From NCBI GenBank assembly GCA_038087875.1, contig CM075991.1, positions 10,914,001 through 10,978,000 of the forward strand: a stretch of 64,000 nt of DNA, given 5' to 3'. Positions 1-12,072 of this stretch are shown here, piece after piece. Both the position numbers and the translations under genes were made by a program. Position 1 is the first letter of the stretch; the number at the start of each line of letters is the position of its first letter. The notes beneath the pieces are model-generated. The model searched no databases, had not been told where the DNA came from, and was given only the letters and a program-made list of their open reading frames with translations. Source of the stretch: Malacoraja senta. Lineage: Eukaryota.

Positions 1-320
1 GACATTTTTTTTACTCGTAGGTTTAGTTGAAGTAGGTCGTAGTAGGTCGGCATGTTAATTGAAGGTGCTCGAAGGTAGTCGTAGATAGTCTTCAGCAAAG
101 TCGAAGGGAGGTCGAAGGAGATCGAAGGAGGTCATCTTCACTCTCCACTATTCGGTTTCCAATTTTCCCGAAGCTAGTCGTAGCTAGTCTTCAACATAGT
201 TGAAGGAGGTTGAAGGAGGTCTTCCACATAGTCGAAGGAGGTCTTCAACATGACACTTTTTCAAACTCTCCAAAACTCTTCTAAACTCGCCAACTAGGTC
301 GCCGCAGTGGGACAGCCCCA
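1..320 (-). mobile_element. Terminal part of a PIF/Harbinger-type DNA transposon (runs off the window start)
   Basis: Ends in GTGGGACAGCCCC, the TIR type also seen at 20179 and 49280. Contains degenerate GAAGGAGGTCTTCAACATAG units, the reverse complement of the 22-bp repeat at 50.5-50.96 kb. Confidence 0.7.
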
Positions 321-2054
321 TAAGTATATTATAAAGTAATTTCAGGATTTAACATGGGTGTCTGGCGCTCTAAGATAACAACAACTGCTGTGTCATTGTC
401 CCTCCATTCCCTGCATATCCATGTGCCTATTTAACAGCCTCTTAAATGCTGCTATTCCATCTGCACCCATCACCACAGCACAGGCAGCCTCCACTCTATG
501 TAAAACTTGCCCCAACCATCTCTTTTACACTTTGCCCTCTCACATCACAGCTATGCCCTCTAGATTCGACATTTGCACCCTGAGAGAAAGAATTCGGAAT
601 GTTTCCCCTAGCTAAGCCTCATAATTTCATAAACTTCTATAAGGTCTCTCCTCAACCTCTGGCTTTCCAGGGGAAACAATACAAATTTGTCCAATCTCCG
701 CCTCATAGCTAATACCACATAATCTAGGCAGCGTCTGGTAATTCTCTTGTGCACCCTCTTCAAAGCTTCCACATTGTGCAATGGGACAAACAGAACTGCA
801 CGCAAATCTCCAAATGGTGCCAAACCAAAGTCTTAAGAGCAAAACCCAAAATGCTGGAGTAACTCAGTGGGTCAGGCAGCATCTGTGGAGGGAATGGACA
901 GGTGAAGTTTCAGGTCAGGACCCATCTTCAGACGCTAAACATTGCCTATCCATCCACTCCTCAGATGCTGCCTTACCCACTGAGTTCCTCCAGCATTTTG
1001 AGTTTTACTTAGGATCTTAGCATAGTCGCACAGCACAGAAACAGGCCCTTCAGCCCAACTTGCCCATGCTGCCCAGGATGCCCCATCTACACTAGTCCCA
1101 CCCGCCCGCAGTTCCTTGTAGTTTCTTCTGTCTCCAAAGTCTTAAGAGCGTGTTGTGTCTTGAACAGGCAACTTACTTTAAACAAATAGAATTCAGTTGC
1201 GCAAGAAATAAGACAAGCAGAGACAAGGCCCCCTCTCGGAGTAAAAGCCCAGTTTAGATTTGACAAGAACCTTGTATCTACCTGGAGCAAGTGGGGAACC
1301 TTTAATGAAATCACAGATCTAACTCCAAATATTTGACAGTATTAAAGAATTTGATAAATCTCTTCACACCCACCCCTAAAAAAAAACACCATTTTGCTGG
1401 CGGGTACTGTTCTCATTATTCTTTCAAACCAAAAATGAAACCTATTAATTATGTCTGCAGATGTAATAATTCTCCCTTGAAGGGACTTCTCCTTTAATGG
1501 GGAATTGGACACAAGGCCAAAGTAAACGAGGGCAAAAACTCAAAACAAGGATGAAACATCAACTAGTTGCAATAAAAAAATATGTATAAAAGTTATAGAG
1601 GGAAGGAATAGACGTCCCGGGTCGCTCCTAACTTCCATCTAAATCCCACAGCAACCTCAGTGGATCAGTCACCCGCCTTTAATGAGTACTTTCTGACTGG
1701 CGATGTTTGTTTTAAATTCCGAAGATAGACACAAAATGCTGGAGTAGCTCAGCGGGACAGGCAGCATCTCTGGAGAGAAGGAATGGGTGAAGTTTCGGGT
1801 CGAGACAGGGGAAGAGGGAGACACGGAGATAAGGAAGGGTAGGGTGTGAAAACGAAACATCCACGCAGATTGGAAAAAATCAAGGAAAATGTAGGATTGT
1901 GAGCGAGGAGAGGCATAAAATGCAATCAGAGGGGACAGTCAGACTGGTCGGAGAACTGTGGTGGAGAGAGAAGGGGGAAAGCAAGGAGTTGCTTGAAGTT
2001 AGAGAAGTCATATCGCTGGGGTGTGAAGTTCCCAAGTTAAATATGAGTTGCTGG

Positions 2055-2397
2055 TAGACAAAAGTGCTGGAGAAACTCAGCGGGTGCAGCAGCATCTGTG
2101 GAGCGAAGGAAATAGGCAACGTTTCGGGCCGAAACCCTTCTTCAGACTGGAGGAAATAGGCAACGTTTCGGGCCGAAACCCTTCTTCAGACTGGAGGAAA
2201 TAGGCAACGTTTCGGGCCGAAACCCTTGGGGTTTCGGCCCGAAACCCTTGGGGTTTCGGCCCGAAACGTTGCCTATTTCCTTCGCTCCATAGATGCTGCT
2301 GCACCCGCTGAGTTTCTCCAGCACTTTTGTCTACCTTTCTCCAGCACTTGTGTCTACCTTCGATTTTCCAGCATCCGACTGCAGTTCCTTCTTAAAC
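2055..2397. repeat. Penelope-type hammerhead-motif repeat: 44-bp tandem units followed by an inverted copy
   Basis: GAAATAGGCAACGTTTCGGGCCGAAACCCTTCTTCAGACTG twice at 44-bp period plus a truncated third unit, then the reverse-complement arm. Confidence 0.7.
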
Positions 2398-2429
2398 AAA
2401 ATACGAGTTGCTGTCTCCCCCCAATTTGC

Positions 2430-2835
2430 ACCGGGCCTCCCTCACTCACTCACTCCCTCCCTCCCTCCCTCCCTCCCTCGCTCCGACGAAATTCCCCTTC
2501 GAACTCACCCAGAAGAGCGTGGCGGAGATCCCCAGTGTGAGCTTGAGGATGAAGTAGGCTGCATCGGCGCCAGTACGGCGCAGACGTGAGCGGCCGCTCA
2601 TCGCCCCCGGCTCCAGCGGCTCCAGCGGCTCCGGCCACACACGCACCTGCTACCGCGGGTAAACAGCCGGACAAGCCAAGCCCCACGCCCCACCGAGGCT
2701 ACCTCCAGCTTCCGCCCCGCAAAATGAAAGCAAAAGCAGCCCGGCTCACTCAGCCGTCTCCTCCTTTGTCTCATCTCCGCGCCGACTGCTCAATCCAGCC
2801 CAGGCACCGACCAGCTCCCATTGAGCTCCCAATAT
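2430..2835 (-). promoter_or_regulatory. CpG/GC-rich island covering the putative 5' end of the tetraspanin gene
   Basis: High GC and CpG density in non-repeat sequence surrounding the ATG-containing exon. Confidence 0.55.
2509..2601 (-). CDS. TSPAN15: Tetraspanin-15-like, first coding exon (MSGRSRLRRTGADAAYFILKLTLGISATLFW); remaining exons lie left of the window
   Basis: ATG at 2601-2599, 31 codons, then a canonical donor TGG|GTGAGT. AAYFILKLTLGISATLFW resembles TSPAN15 TM1 (FSYLWLKFSLIIYSTVFW, recalled), and tetraspanin first exons typically end at this FW. Confidence 0.75.
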
Positions 2836-2862
2836 TTGTTTTGAGGTCCTGTTAACACAACA

Positions 2863-3400
2863 AAGTCAAGTCAAGTCACATTTATTTCTATAGCACATTT
2901 AAAAAACAACTCTCGTTGGCCAAAGTGCTTTACATTTGTTATAAGAATAGCACAAACTAAACAAACTACATACATATATACATGTGTTAAAGAAGGAACT
3001 GCAGATGCTGGAAAATCGAAGGTACACAAAAATGCTGGAGAAACTCAGCGGGTGCAGCAGCATCTATGGAGCGAAGGAAATAGGTAACGTTTCGGGCCGA
3101 AACGTTGTCTGAAGAAGGGTTTCGGCCCGAAACGTTACCTATTTCCTTCGCTCCATAGATGCTGCTGCACCCGCTGAGTTTCACCAGCATTTTTGTGTAC
3201 CTACATATATACATGTAGCCCTCACGCAGAGGACGTCAGGAAAGGCTTGGGAGTATAGATAAGTCTTTAGTCTTGACTTAAAAGAGTCGATGGAGGGGGC
3301 AGTTCTGATGGGAAAGCGGGATGCTGTTCCACAGTCTGGGGGCTGCAACCGCAAAGGCGCGGTCGCCCCTGAGCTTATGCCTAGACCGTGGGATATTCAG
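2863..3400 (-). mobile_element. L2-like LINE 3' fragment interrupted by a palindromic insertion
   Basis: (AAGTC)n tail followed by TTTATTTCTATAGCACATTT...CAAAGTGCTTTACA, typical of reverse-complemented L2 3' ends. Confidence 0.5.
2986..3201. mobile_element. Palindromic Penelope-type hammerhead-motif insertion with 15-bp TSD
   Basis: TACATATATACATGT at 2971-2985 and 3202-3216; inverted arms around CTGAAGAAGGGTTTCGGCCCGAAAC. Confidence 0.75.
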
Positions 3401-4026
3401 CAATCAAAGGAACCTGTTTCTCTATCAATCTGTGTTTGAGGGGGGGCAGGAATGGTTGAGAGGCAAGGAGCGGGACTCAAAAATATTGGGAGCTCAGTAA
3501 TGGTCCACATTTTAACCTCCGTTTGCTTTGTTCTCAACTTCTCACACCTAACAATGATCTAAGTAAGTAAGTAAGTAAGTTTATTGGCCAAGTATTCACA
3601 TACAAGGAATTTGCCTTGGTGCTCCGCCCACAAGTAACAACATGACATACAGTGACAGGTACGAATGACTCAGAATGACTCGGAATGATCTACCTAGAAC
3701 AAGAGGGACCTGTGGTGTGTGTGTGTGGGGGGTGGGGTGGGGGGGGGGGGTCGAAGAAGGGACCCACAATATTTATAAGGGCTACTATTTTCTAACTTTG
3801 GGGCTTGTGGCTACTGTTTGGTGTACTGTGTATGGGGAAAAAATCAAGAATTTCACTGTACCTTCACGGTACATGATGTGACAATAAAATATCTATCAGT
3901 CTGAAGAAGGGTCTCGACCCAAAACGTCACCCATCCATGTTCTCCAGAGACGCTGCCTGTCCCGCTGAGTTACTCCAGCATTTTGTGTCTACCTGCGATT
4001 TAAACCAGCATCTGTAGTTCTTTCTT

Positions 4027-4139
<113 letters not shown>

Positions 4140-4629
4140 TCTTTGAACATCATCTCTTGTTGTTAGACACAAAATGCTGGAGTAACGCAGCGGGACAGGC
4201 AGCGTCCATGGAGAGAAGGAATGGGTGACGTTTTAGGTCGAGACCCTTCTTCAGACTGATGTTTTGTTTTTGATCTCTTTTGTTGTCGTTTTCACACCTT
4301 ACCCTTCCTTATCTCTGTGTATCCCTCTCCCTTGACTCTGTCTGGGGAAGGGCCTCGACACAAAACGTGCAAACATCCTCATTCTATCCAGGTCTTTCAC
4401 CATTCGCTAAGTTTCAATGAGGTCCCCCCTTATCCTTCTAAACTCCGGCGAGTACAGGCCCAGAGTTTTCCAACGCTCACCATATGTTAACCCACTCATT
4501 CCTGGAATAATTCACTTAAATCTCCTCTGGAACCTCTCCAGAGCCAGCACATCCTTCCTCAGATCTGGGTCCAAAACGGCGCACAATACTCCAAATATAT
4601 GTAACATATAGAAAATCATATGCATATGC

Positions 4630-5065
4630 TGAGAGAATGGAGTGGCTGGGCTTGTACACTCTGGAGTTTAGAAGGATGAGAGGGTATCTCATTGAAACAT
4701 ATAAGATTGTTAAGGGTTTGGACATGCTAGAGACAGGAAACATGTTGCCGATGTTGGGGGAGTCCAGAACCAGGGGCCACAGTTTAAGAATAAGGGGTAA
4801 GCCATTTAGAACGGAGATGAGGAAATACTTTTTCTCACCGAGAGTTGTGAGTCTGTGGAATTCTCTGCCTCAGAGGGCGGTGGAGGCGGGTTCTCTTGAT
4901 ACTTTCAAGAGAGAGCTAGATAGGGCTCTTAAAGATAGCGGAGTCAGGGGATGTGGGGAGAAGGCAGGAACGGGGTACTGATTGGTGATGATCAGCCATG
5001 ATCACTCGAAGTGCCGAATGCTGGCTCGAAGGGCCTACTTCTGCACCTATGGTCTATTGTCTATT
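4630..5065 (+). mobile_element. CR1 (HER1-like) LINE 3' fragment
   Basis: ORF 4637-4981 has LGLYTLEFRRMRG...RTRGHSL...FFSPRVVSLWNSLP, the CR1 ORF2 C-terminus, followed by a CTATTGT tail. Confidence 0.9.
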
Positions 5066-5355
5066 AAATATATGTAAACAATCTTAATGATTATCGATGT
5101 GGAAGATCACTTCAGATTAACATGGGATTGTAGATCCATCTTCCACTCTAGGTATCTGCAAGCCTATCTGAGCCTATCCTTACTGGTGGACCAAGTTATG
5201 TGTAAACATTGTCCTGACTTATAGAAAAAGAAGATTTAAGATACATCATAGATAGACACAAAAAGCTGGAGTTACTCAGCGGGACAGGCAGCATCTCTGG
5301 GGAGAAGGAATGGGTGACGTTTTGGGTCGAGACCCTTCGTCATAACAGTGAGTTC

Positions 5356-5960
5356 AAGAGTAGAAAACATTTCTGAAGACTAAGGCCAACAGTCAATTAC
5401 TCTGACGTTATTATATATCCCAGCCAACAACTGAAATTAAATGTGATGGATTATAGTGAAGATGTATTTTTTTCCACAAATAACGTCAAGAGCAGGAAGA
5501 AATGTTGGACAGGCTCCACGCGGGTTCAAGAATGGTTCAACTGTCAGGATAAACCAATTTATACTGAAGGAGAGACTCCCCATGGTTCAATAACACTTAC
5601 TCCCACCGGTTAATGTGATTTTTCATAGATTCATTTCTGCTCTTGGACTTGGCTCGGAAAAACATACGTTTGGGCCAGTTTCAACTGCACCAAACTGAGG
5701 GTACAGTAACTTGGTGGTTAGGTTACAGGATCACCAGTCAGATTTCTAGGCTGTTTGACCCAGTAAAATGTGCTCGAAGGGCCGAATGGCCTACTCCTGC
5801 ACCTATTGTCTATTGTCTATTGTCTATTGTCTAACATCAACAGCAACAGCTGGGAAATTTAAATCCAAGTCATTAAGTGACAAACCAGATTTAAAAGTAA
5901 AAGGTTGTCCCAATCCTAAAATGAACAAGAAAACTATTGTATAGACAACATACAATATTA
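5356..5960 (+). repeat. Copy A of a local inverted duplication
   Basis: Colinear with the reverse complement of ~12070-12955. Confidence 0.85.
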
Positions 5961-6969
5961 GTTTAGTTTAGAGATACAGCGCGGAAACAGGCCCTTCAGC
6001 CCACCGAGTCCACACCGACCAACGTTCCCAGCACATTAACACAAGCCTACACTCACCAGGGACAACTTACACTTATACCAAGTATACAAACCCAAGCCAA
6101 CTAACCTACAAACCTGTTCGTCTTTGGAGTGTGAGTGGAAACCGAAGATCTCAGAGAAAACCCACGTGGTCACGGGGAGAATGGACAAACTCCATACAGG
6201 CAGAGGATGTAGGTTTAAGGTGAGGGGGGGAAGATTTAACTAAATCCTGAGGGGCACCTTTTTTATACAAAGGGTGGTGGGTGCATGGAATGAGTTGCCA
6301 GAGGAGGTAATTGGGGCAGGTATTATCACAATGTTCAAGAAACATTTAGACAGGTACATGGATAGGGCAGATTTAGAGGGATATGGGCAAACACAGACAG
6401 GTAGGACTAGCATAGATGGGGCTTGTTTGTCAGCGTGGGAAGGTTGTGCTGAAGGGCCTGTTTCTGTGCTGTATGAGTCTATGAGTCGAGAAAGGTTCTG
6501 ATCTGAAACATCATCTGTCCATTTCCCTTCACAGATGCTGCTTGGCCCATTGAGTTTCTCAGCAGTTTGATTTTTTCCTCAGACTTGATTCTGTGCTCGA
6601 TTCTCTAGTTGGGGAACTTGTGACATTCTGCCACAGAGGTCAGACTGTAGGCCATGCAGCCACAATGGACACAAAACTCCCAAGATGGAGATCATGGGAA
6701 AGAGAATCATGGTCTCATACGACCGGTTTCTGCCTCCAGGGTGACCCAGAGCCAAGTGGTCTGTGGCGTGTTGGAGGAGACTGCCTCCTGCCTCCCTCAC
6801 AGGGCGGCACGGTGGCGCAGCGGTAGAGTTGCTGCCTTACAGCACCAGAGACCCGGGTTCGATCCTGACTACGGGTACTGTCCATATGAAGTTTGCACAT
6901 TCTCCCTGTAACCACGTGGGCTTCCTCCAGGTGCTCCGGTTTCTCCCCACATTCATAGAAACATAGAAA

Positions 6970-7471
6970 ATAGGTGCAGGAGCAGGCCATTCAGCCCTTC
7001 AAGAGTGCACCGCAATTCATTGTGATCATGGCTGATCATCCACAATCAGTAACCCGTGCCTGCCTTCTCCCCGTATCCCTTGATTCCGCTGGCCCCTAGA
7101 GTTCTATCTAACTTTCTTTTAAATTCATCCAGTGATTTGGCCTCCACTGCCTTCTGTGGCAGAGAATTCCACAAATCCGCAACTCTCTGAGTGAAAAAGT
7201 TTTTTCTCATCTCAGTTTTAATTGGCCTCCCCTTTATTCTTAGACTGTGGCCCCCTGATTCTGGACTCCCCCAACATTGGGAACATTTTTCCTGCATCTA
7301 CCTTGTCCAGTCCTTTTATAATCTTATACGCTTCTATAAGATCCCCCCCTCATCCTTCTAAATTCCAGTGAATGCAAAGCCCAGTCTTTCCAATCTTTCT
7401 TCAGACGACAGTCCCGCCATCCCGGGGATTAACCTCGTGAACCGACGCTGCACTGCCTCAATAACAAGGAT
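6970..7471 (-). mobile_element. CR1 LINE 3' fragment
   Basis: ORFs 7046-7297 and 7358-7564 show IEAVQRRFTRLIPG...ERLERLG and FFTQRV..LWNSLP motifs. Confidence 0.85.
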
Positions 7472-7525
7472 GGGGTGGGAGATTGCAACCTTCACGTGGT
7501 CCGCCCTGTTTCGACGAATGCAATC
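7472..7525 (+). ncRNA. Predicted minimal HDV-like (CPEB3-type) self-cleaving ribozyme
   Basis: P1 GGGGTGG/CCGCCCT with G1-U wobble, P2 GATTGCA/TGCAATC, P3 ACC/GGT, L3 TTCACGT, vestigial P4 T-TTCG-A, J4/2 CGAA. Confidence 0.8.
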
Positions 7526-7610
7526 AACCTGGCGTGCACAATCAAATAAGAACAAATAGAACAAGTTGTCCTACAACTTTTCGGCTGTGCACGCCATACG
7601 CAAGAAGAAG
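7472..7610 (+). mobile_element. Short retroposon with a 5' HDV-like ribozyme and (GAA)n tail, copy 1
   Basis: TSD AATAACAAGGAT (7460-7471) / AATAGCAAGGAT (7611-7622); five more copies in the window. Confidence 0.85.
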
Positions 7611-10600
7611 AATAGCAAGGATGTCCTTCCTCAAATTCCAAAGACGTGCGGGTCGGTAGGTTAATCGGCCTGTTAATGTGTAGGGTGTGGGCGAGAAAGT
7701 GGGACAACAAACAACAGGTGAGTGGGTGATCAATGGTTGGCGTGGACTCGGTGGGCCAAAGGTCCTGTTTCCATGCTGTATCTCCAAACTAATCTAAACA
7801 TGACTGTGATTCACACCTGGCCAATGGTTAATTTGACTTTATGGAGAATGTTATGCCTCACTTCTTATTGATTCCCTGGGATGCTGCATCTTGTTTTGGT
7901 TAATTTGGTGGTTGAAGATATGTTAAAGTAGCCCCGGGGGACTTGAGGACTGAACCCATTGGGAAAAGGGTTGGCATCCTCTAGTGGATGATGCTGGTAT
8001 CACCCTCCTGCTGACACAGTCATTCATCCAGAAAAGCACAGCCTACTTCACGTGGCCCCGGCATTCCGAAACGTTGCCTATTTCCTTCGCTCCATAGATG
8101 CTGCCTCACCCGCTGAGTTTCTCCAGCATTTTTGTCTACCTTCGATTTTCCAGCATCTGCAGTTCCTTCTTAAACATTCCCTCTCTCTCTATCCCTCCTC
8201 CACCCAAGTCGCACTAGCTTCTCATTTTCACCCTACAAACACTTTACAATGGCCTGTTTCCTTTATCATCATTACTTTTTTTCCATATCTTTCATTCATT
8301 GTTCTTTATCTCTCCACATCACCGTCTATATCCTTCGTTTCCCTTATCCCTAACCAGTCTGAAGAAGGGACTCGACCCGAAATATCACCCATTGCTTCTC
8401 TCCAGAGATGCCGCCTGTCCCGCTGAGTTACTCCAGCTTTCTGTGTCTATCTTCGCTTTAAACCAGCATCTGCAGTTCCTTCATACACACTTTTTATCAC
8501 CAGCTGCTATTAGGAGAACCTAATAATGGTATCAGTTTCCTTTTGATTATAGAGAGTTATGGCATGGGAACAGGCCTTTTAACCCATCATGTCTCTCCCA
8601 ACCATCAGTCACCCATCTACACTAATCATAACATTGACTTCACCCAGATTCTACCACTCAGATACACACTATAACCCAACTTTGATTAGTGCAGGTGTCG
8701 GGGGTTATGGGGAGATGGCAGGAGAATGTGTTTGGGAGGGAAAGAAAGACCAGCCGTGATTAAATGACAGAGTAGACTTGATGGGCCGAATGGCCTAATT
8801 CTTCTCCTATCATTTATGAATTTATGAACCTACTTACCAACCTACACGTCTTTGGAATGTGGTAGGAAACCAGAGCAACCGGAGGAAACCCTTCCGGTCA
8901 CAAGTCGAACATGCAAACTCCACACAGACAGCATTCGAGGTAAGGATCGAACCCATGTCTCTGGTGCTGTGAGGCCATAGCCCTACCAGCTACGCCACTG
9001 TGCCGCAATCTTCTCAAAGTCAAAAACATGCCCAATTTTTATCGGACCACAAGATTGTAAATGATTGAACATTTGTCTTATCCAGTTCTTGTTCATATGC
9101 TTTGTCGGCCTTTGCTGTCAGTCTGATGAAGAAACGTCTCAAACCGAAACATCACCTGGGTCTGAAGAAGGGTCTCAACATGGAACGTCACCTATCCATG
9201 TTCTCCAGAGATGCTGTCAGAAGTGGTAAATTACTCCAGCACTTTGTATCCTTTTGAGTCTTAACCAGCATCTGCATTTCTAAGTTTCTACGACTAAAGA
9301 GGAAATACTTTATCCTTGATCGAACTTTGCTGGCTTTACCTTGCACCTAACGTTATGTATCTATACACTGTAAATGGGTCGATTGTAATCATGTATTGTC
9401 TTTCTGCTGACTGGTTAGCATGCAACAAAAGCTTTTCACTGTACCTCAGTACACGTGACAATAAACTAAACTGAACTACTTTAACAGCATGTAATTCTCA
9501 AAGCAGCAAGCCCATCTTTCCCAGTTAGATTGGTAATATAAGACTGGACGCCGTGAAGGCCTGAGAAATATTATTCCGCTCCTCCCGGACCAAGATTGTA
9601 AATGTTTTTTAAAAAAGGAAAGATTTAAACCAATCATCTTAATAACCAGGAAGGTGAAGTTTTAAATAAAACTATTTCTGACAAAATTACGTTACTTGGA
9701 AAAGTGTGGACTAATACATGAAACTCAGTAATAGAATCATAGTCATACAGCATGGAAACAGTCCTTTCGGCCCATCCCATCCGTGCCGGGGAAGATGGAA
9801 GAGTGTTTTAAATAATTTGAGTAAAGCCAATGATGATGGGTGTTTAAAATTCCGCAATTCGCAATTCCTTCTCTAAAGGACAAAAAATGTTATTGTTAAA
9901 TACAGTAGCGATTGAAAAAAAAAAGCGTAAATGTTAAAATTAACACTGTGAAAAACTAGGTTTCTAGCAACGATTATCAGCTCCACCCCTAGCATTGCTC
10001 CTTGCCAACTTCCTAGTTCAAATATCTTTGCACTTTCCTACTCACCCCTGAGTTTTGACTTTTGAAGCCTGCAAGTATCCAAAGATGTTCCCTGCACCCG
10101 CCATCGCTGCTTACTGGAGCACGTGTGAAAGTTTGCCAGACCCCAGTGCCACCAGATTAACACCGATGTGCAGCCGAGCGTGGCCAATGAGACAAGGGGC
10201 TGGAAAGCTGCGCTTTTTATTTATTTATTTATTTATTGCCAGTGCTAGTGTCGAGTTATCGGCTTAAAACAGTATTATTCTGAAATGGAGAGCAAGGTAA
10301 ATTACTGAAGTGTTGTTCAGAGACTACAGTGCGTTGTGACAGCATATGTAAGAAAGGCCTATGACAGTGTCAAAAATATTATACACCTTGGCCGGAGGCC
10401 CCCTAGATTTTGAGGCCCTAGGCTTCAGCCTACCAAGTCTATAGGTAAATCCGCCACTGGTGAACACCTCCTCCACAGCGAACAACAGACTATTGTGGGC
10501 TCTTTGGCCATCAGCACCGATTTGTTCTATGCCTTTTCATCCCTCTAGTTTCCCTCTCCCCTGACTCAATCTGAAGAAGGGTCTCGACCCGAAACGTCAC

Positions 10601-11777
10601 CTATTGTTTTTCTCAAAAAGAGATGCTGCCTGATCCGCTGAGTTACTGCAGCCTTTTGTGTCTATCTGTGGTTGGGCTAACGTTGTGTACATGGGCTTCC
10701 AGAGGGGGTGTAGCAATGAACTACAATGTTGACTGAGCTAAAGCCCACAGGTTTAGCGGGACAAGGCTAAAGGCAGGACTGAGACAGCAGTGAAGTGAAC
10801 CTCAATTATGATCCCAGCTACTGTCAATATGAATAAATAAACTGGTCTTACGCACATAGAGAACAATTGTTTGAAAGTTGCAGGACCAGTTGAGTTGTTA
10901 AAAAGTAAACAGAAGTCTTCATCTAATAATTCAAAGTGCTGGATTAGTCCAGCGGGTCAGGCAGCAACTGTGGAGAACATGGATAGGTGACGTTTCGGGT
11001 TGAGTAAGGTGATGTTTCTGGTTCAGACTGATCCGTCATTCTGCAGCAGGCTTCTGACCCAAAACAGCATTTGTCTAATCCCTCCACAGATGCTGCCTGA
11101 CTTCCTCCAGCACATTGTGTTTTCAGCTCAAAGATTCCAGCATCTGCAGTTCCTTGTGTCCGCATCTTTTAACATGGGCACAGAGTACAAAAGGAAGAAG
11201 GGTCTCGACCCGAAACGCCACCTATTCCTTTTCTCCAGAGATGCTGCCGGACCCACTGAGTTACTCCAGCATTCTGTATCTTCCTTTGGTATTAACCATC
11301 ATCTGCAGTTCCTTCCTAAACAAAAGGAAGGGAGTTTTGCTGAACACATACAAAATACTAATCAGACATCAGCTTGTCTTTTCAGAAGACTTCAGGGAAA
11401 GAATGATAAAGAACTTGAGCCATGTGGATGCTGGCAAATCTGGGATTGTTGTTCTTTAAGCAGAGGAAGTTATCTATCAGTAGACACAAAAAGCTGGAGT
11501 AACTCAGCGGGACAGGCAGCACCTCTGGAGAAAAGGAATGGATGCCGTTTTGGGTCATTTGATAAAGAGGTTCTTGAATGTTTTCTTATTAATAAATAAG
11601 CCCAAACTATTTTCAGTGGGAGAATGGTCAGTAACCAAAGGACACAATCTATTTATAGTGGGTTGTGGTCTGCAAACCTTTGTCCACAAAGGAAGTAGAA
11701 AGACATTTAACAGTCATTTTCAAAAGGAAATTAATAAATTGAAAGGAACACTATGAGGGAAAGACTCAGAAGGTCAG

Positions 11778-12072
11778 GGAGGCACAGTGGCGCAACGATA
11801 GAGCTGCTGCCTCACAGCGCCAGGGACCCGGGTTCGATCCTGACTACGGGTGCTTGTCTGTATGGAGTTTGTACGTTCCCCCTGCGACATGCTTGGGTTT
11901 TCTCCGAGATCTTCAGTTTCCTCCCACATTCCAAAGATGTACAGGTTTATAGGTTAATTGGCTTGGAATAATTGTCCCTGGTGTTTGTAAGATATTGTTA
12001 ATGTGCGGGGATCGCTGGTTGGTGCGGACCGAAGGGCCAGCTTCAGCGCTGTATCTCTAAACTAAACTAATA
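11778..12072 (+). mobile_element. tRNA-derived V-SINE (HE1-like)
   Basis: A box GTGGCGCAACG, B box GGTTCGATCC, central GGAGTTTGTACGTTC core and (CTAAA)n tail. Confidence 0.85.

Noticed and set aside
6803..6880. tRNA gene-like A/B boxes here and at many other sites
   Set aside because: They are SINE heads continuing into the V-SINE core; no complete cloverleaf or terminator.
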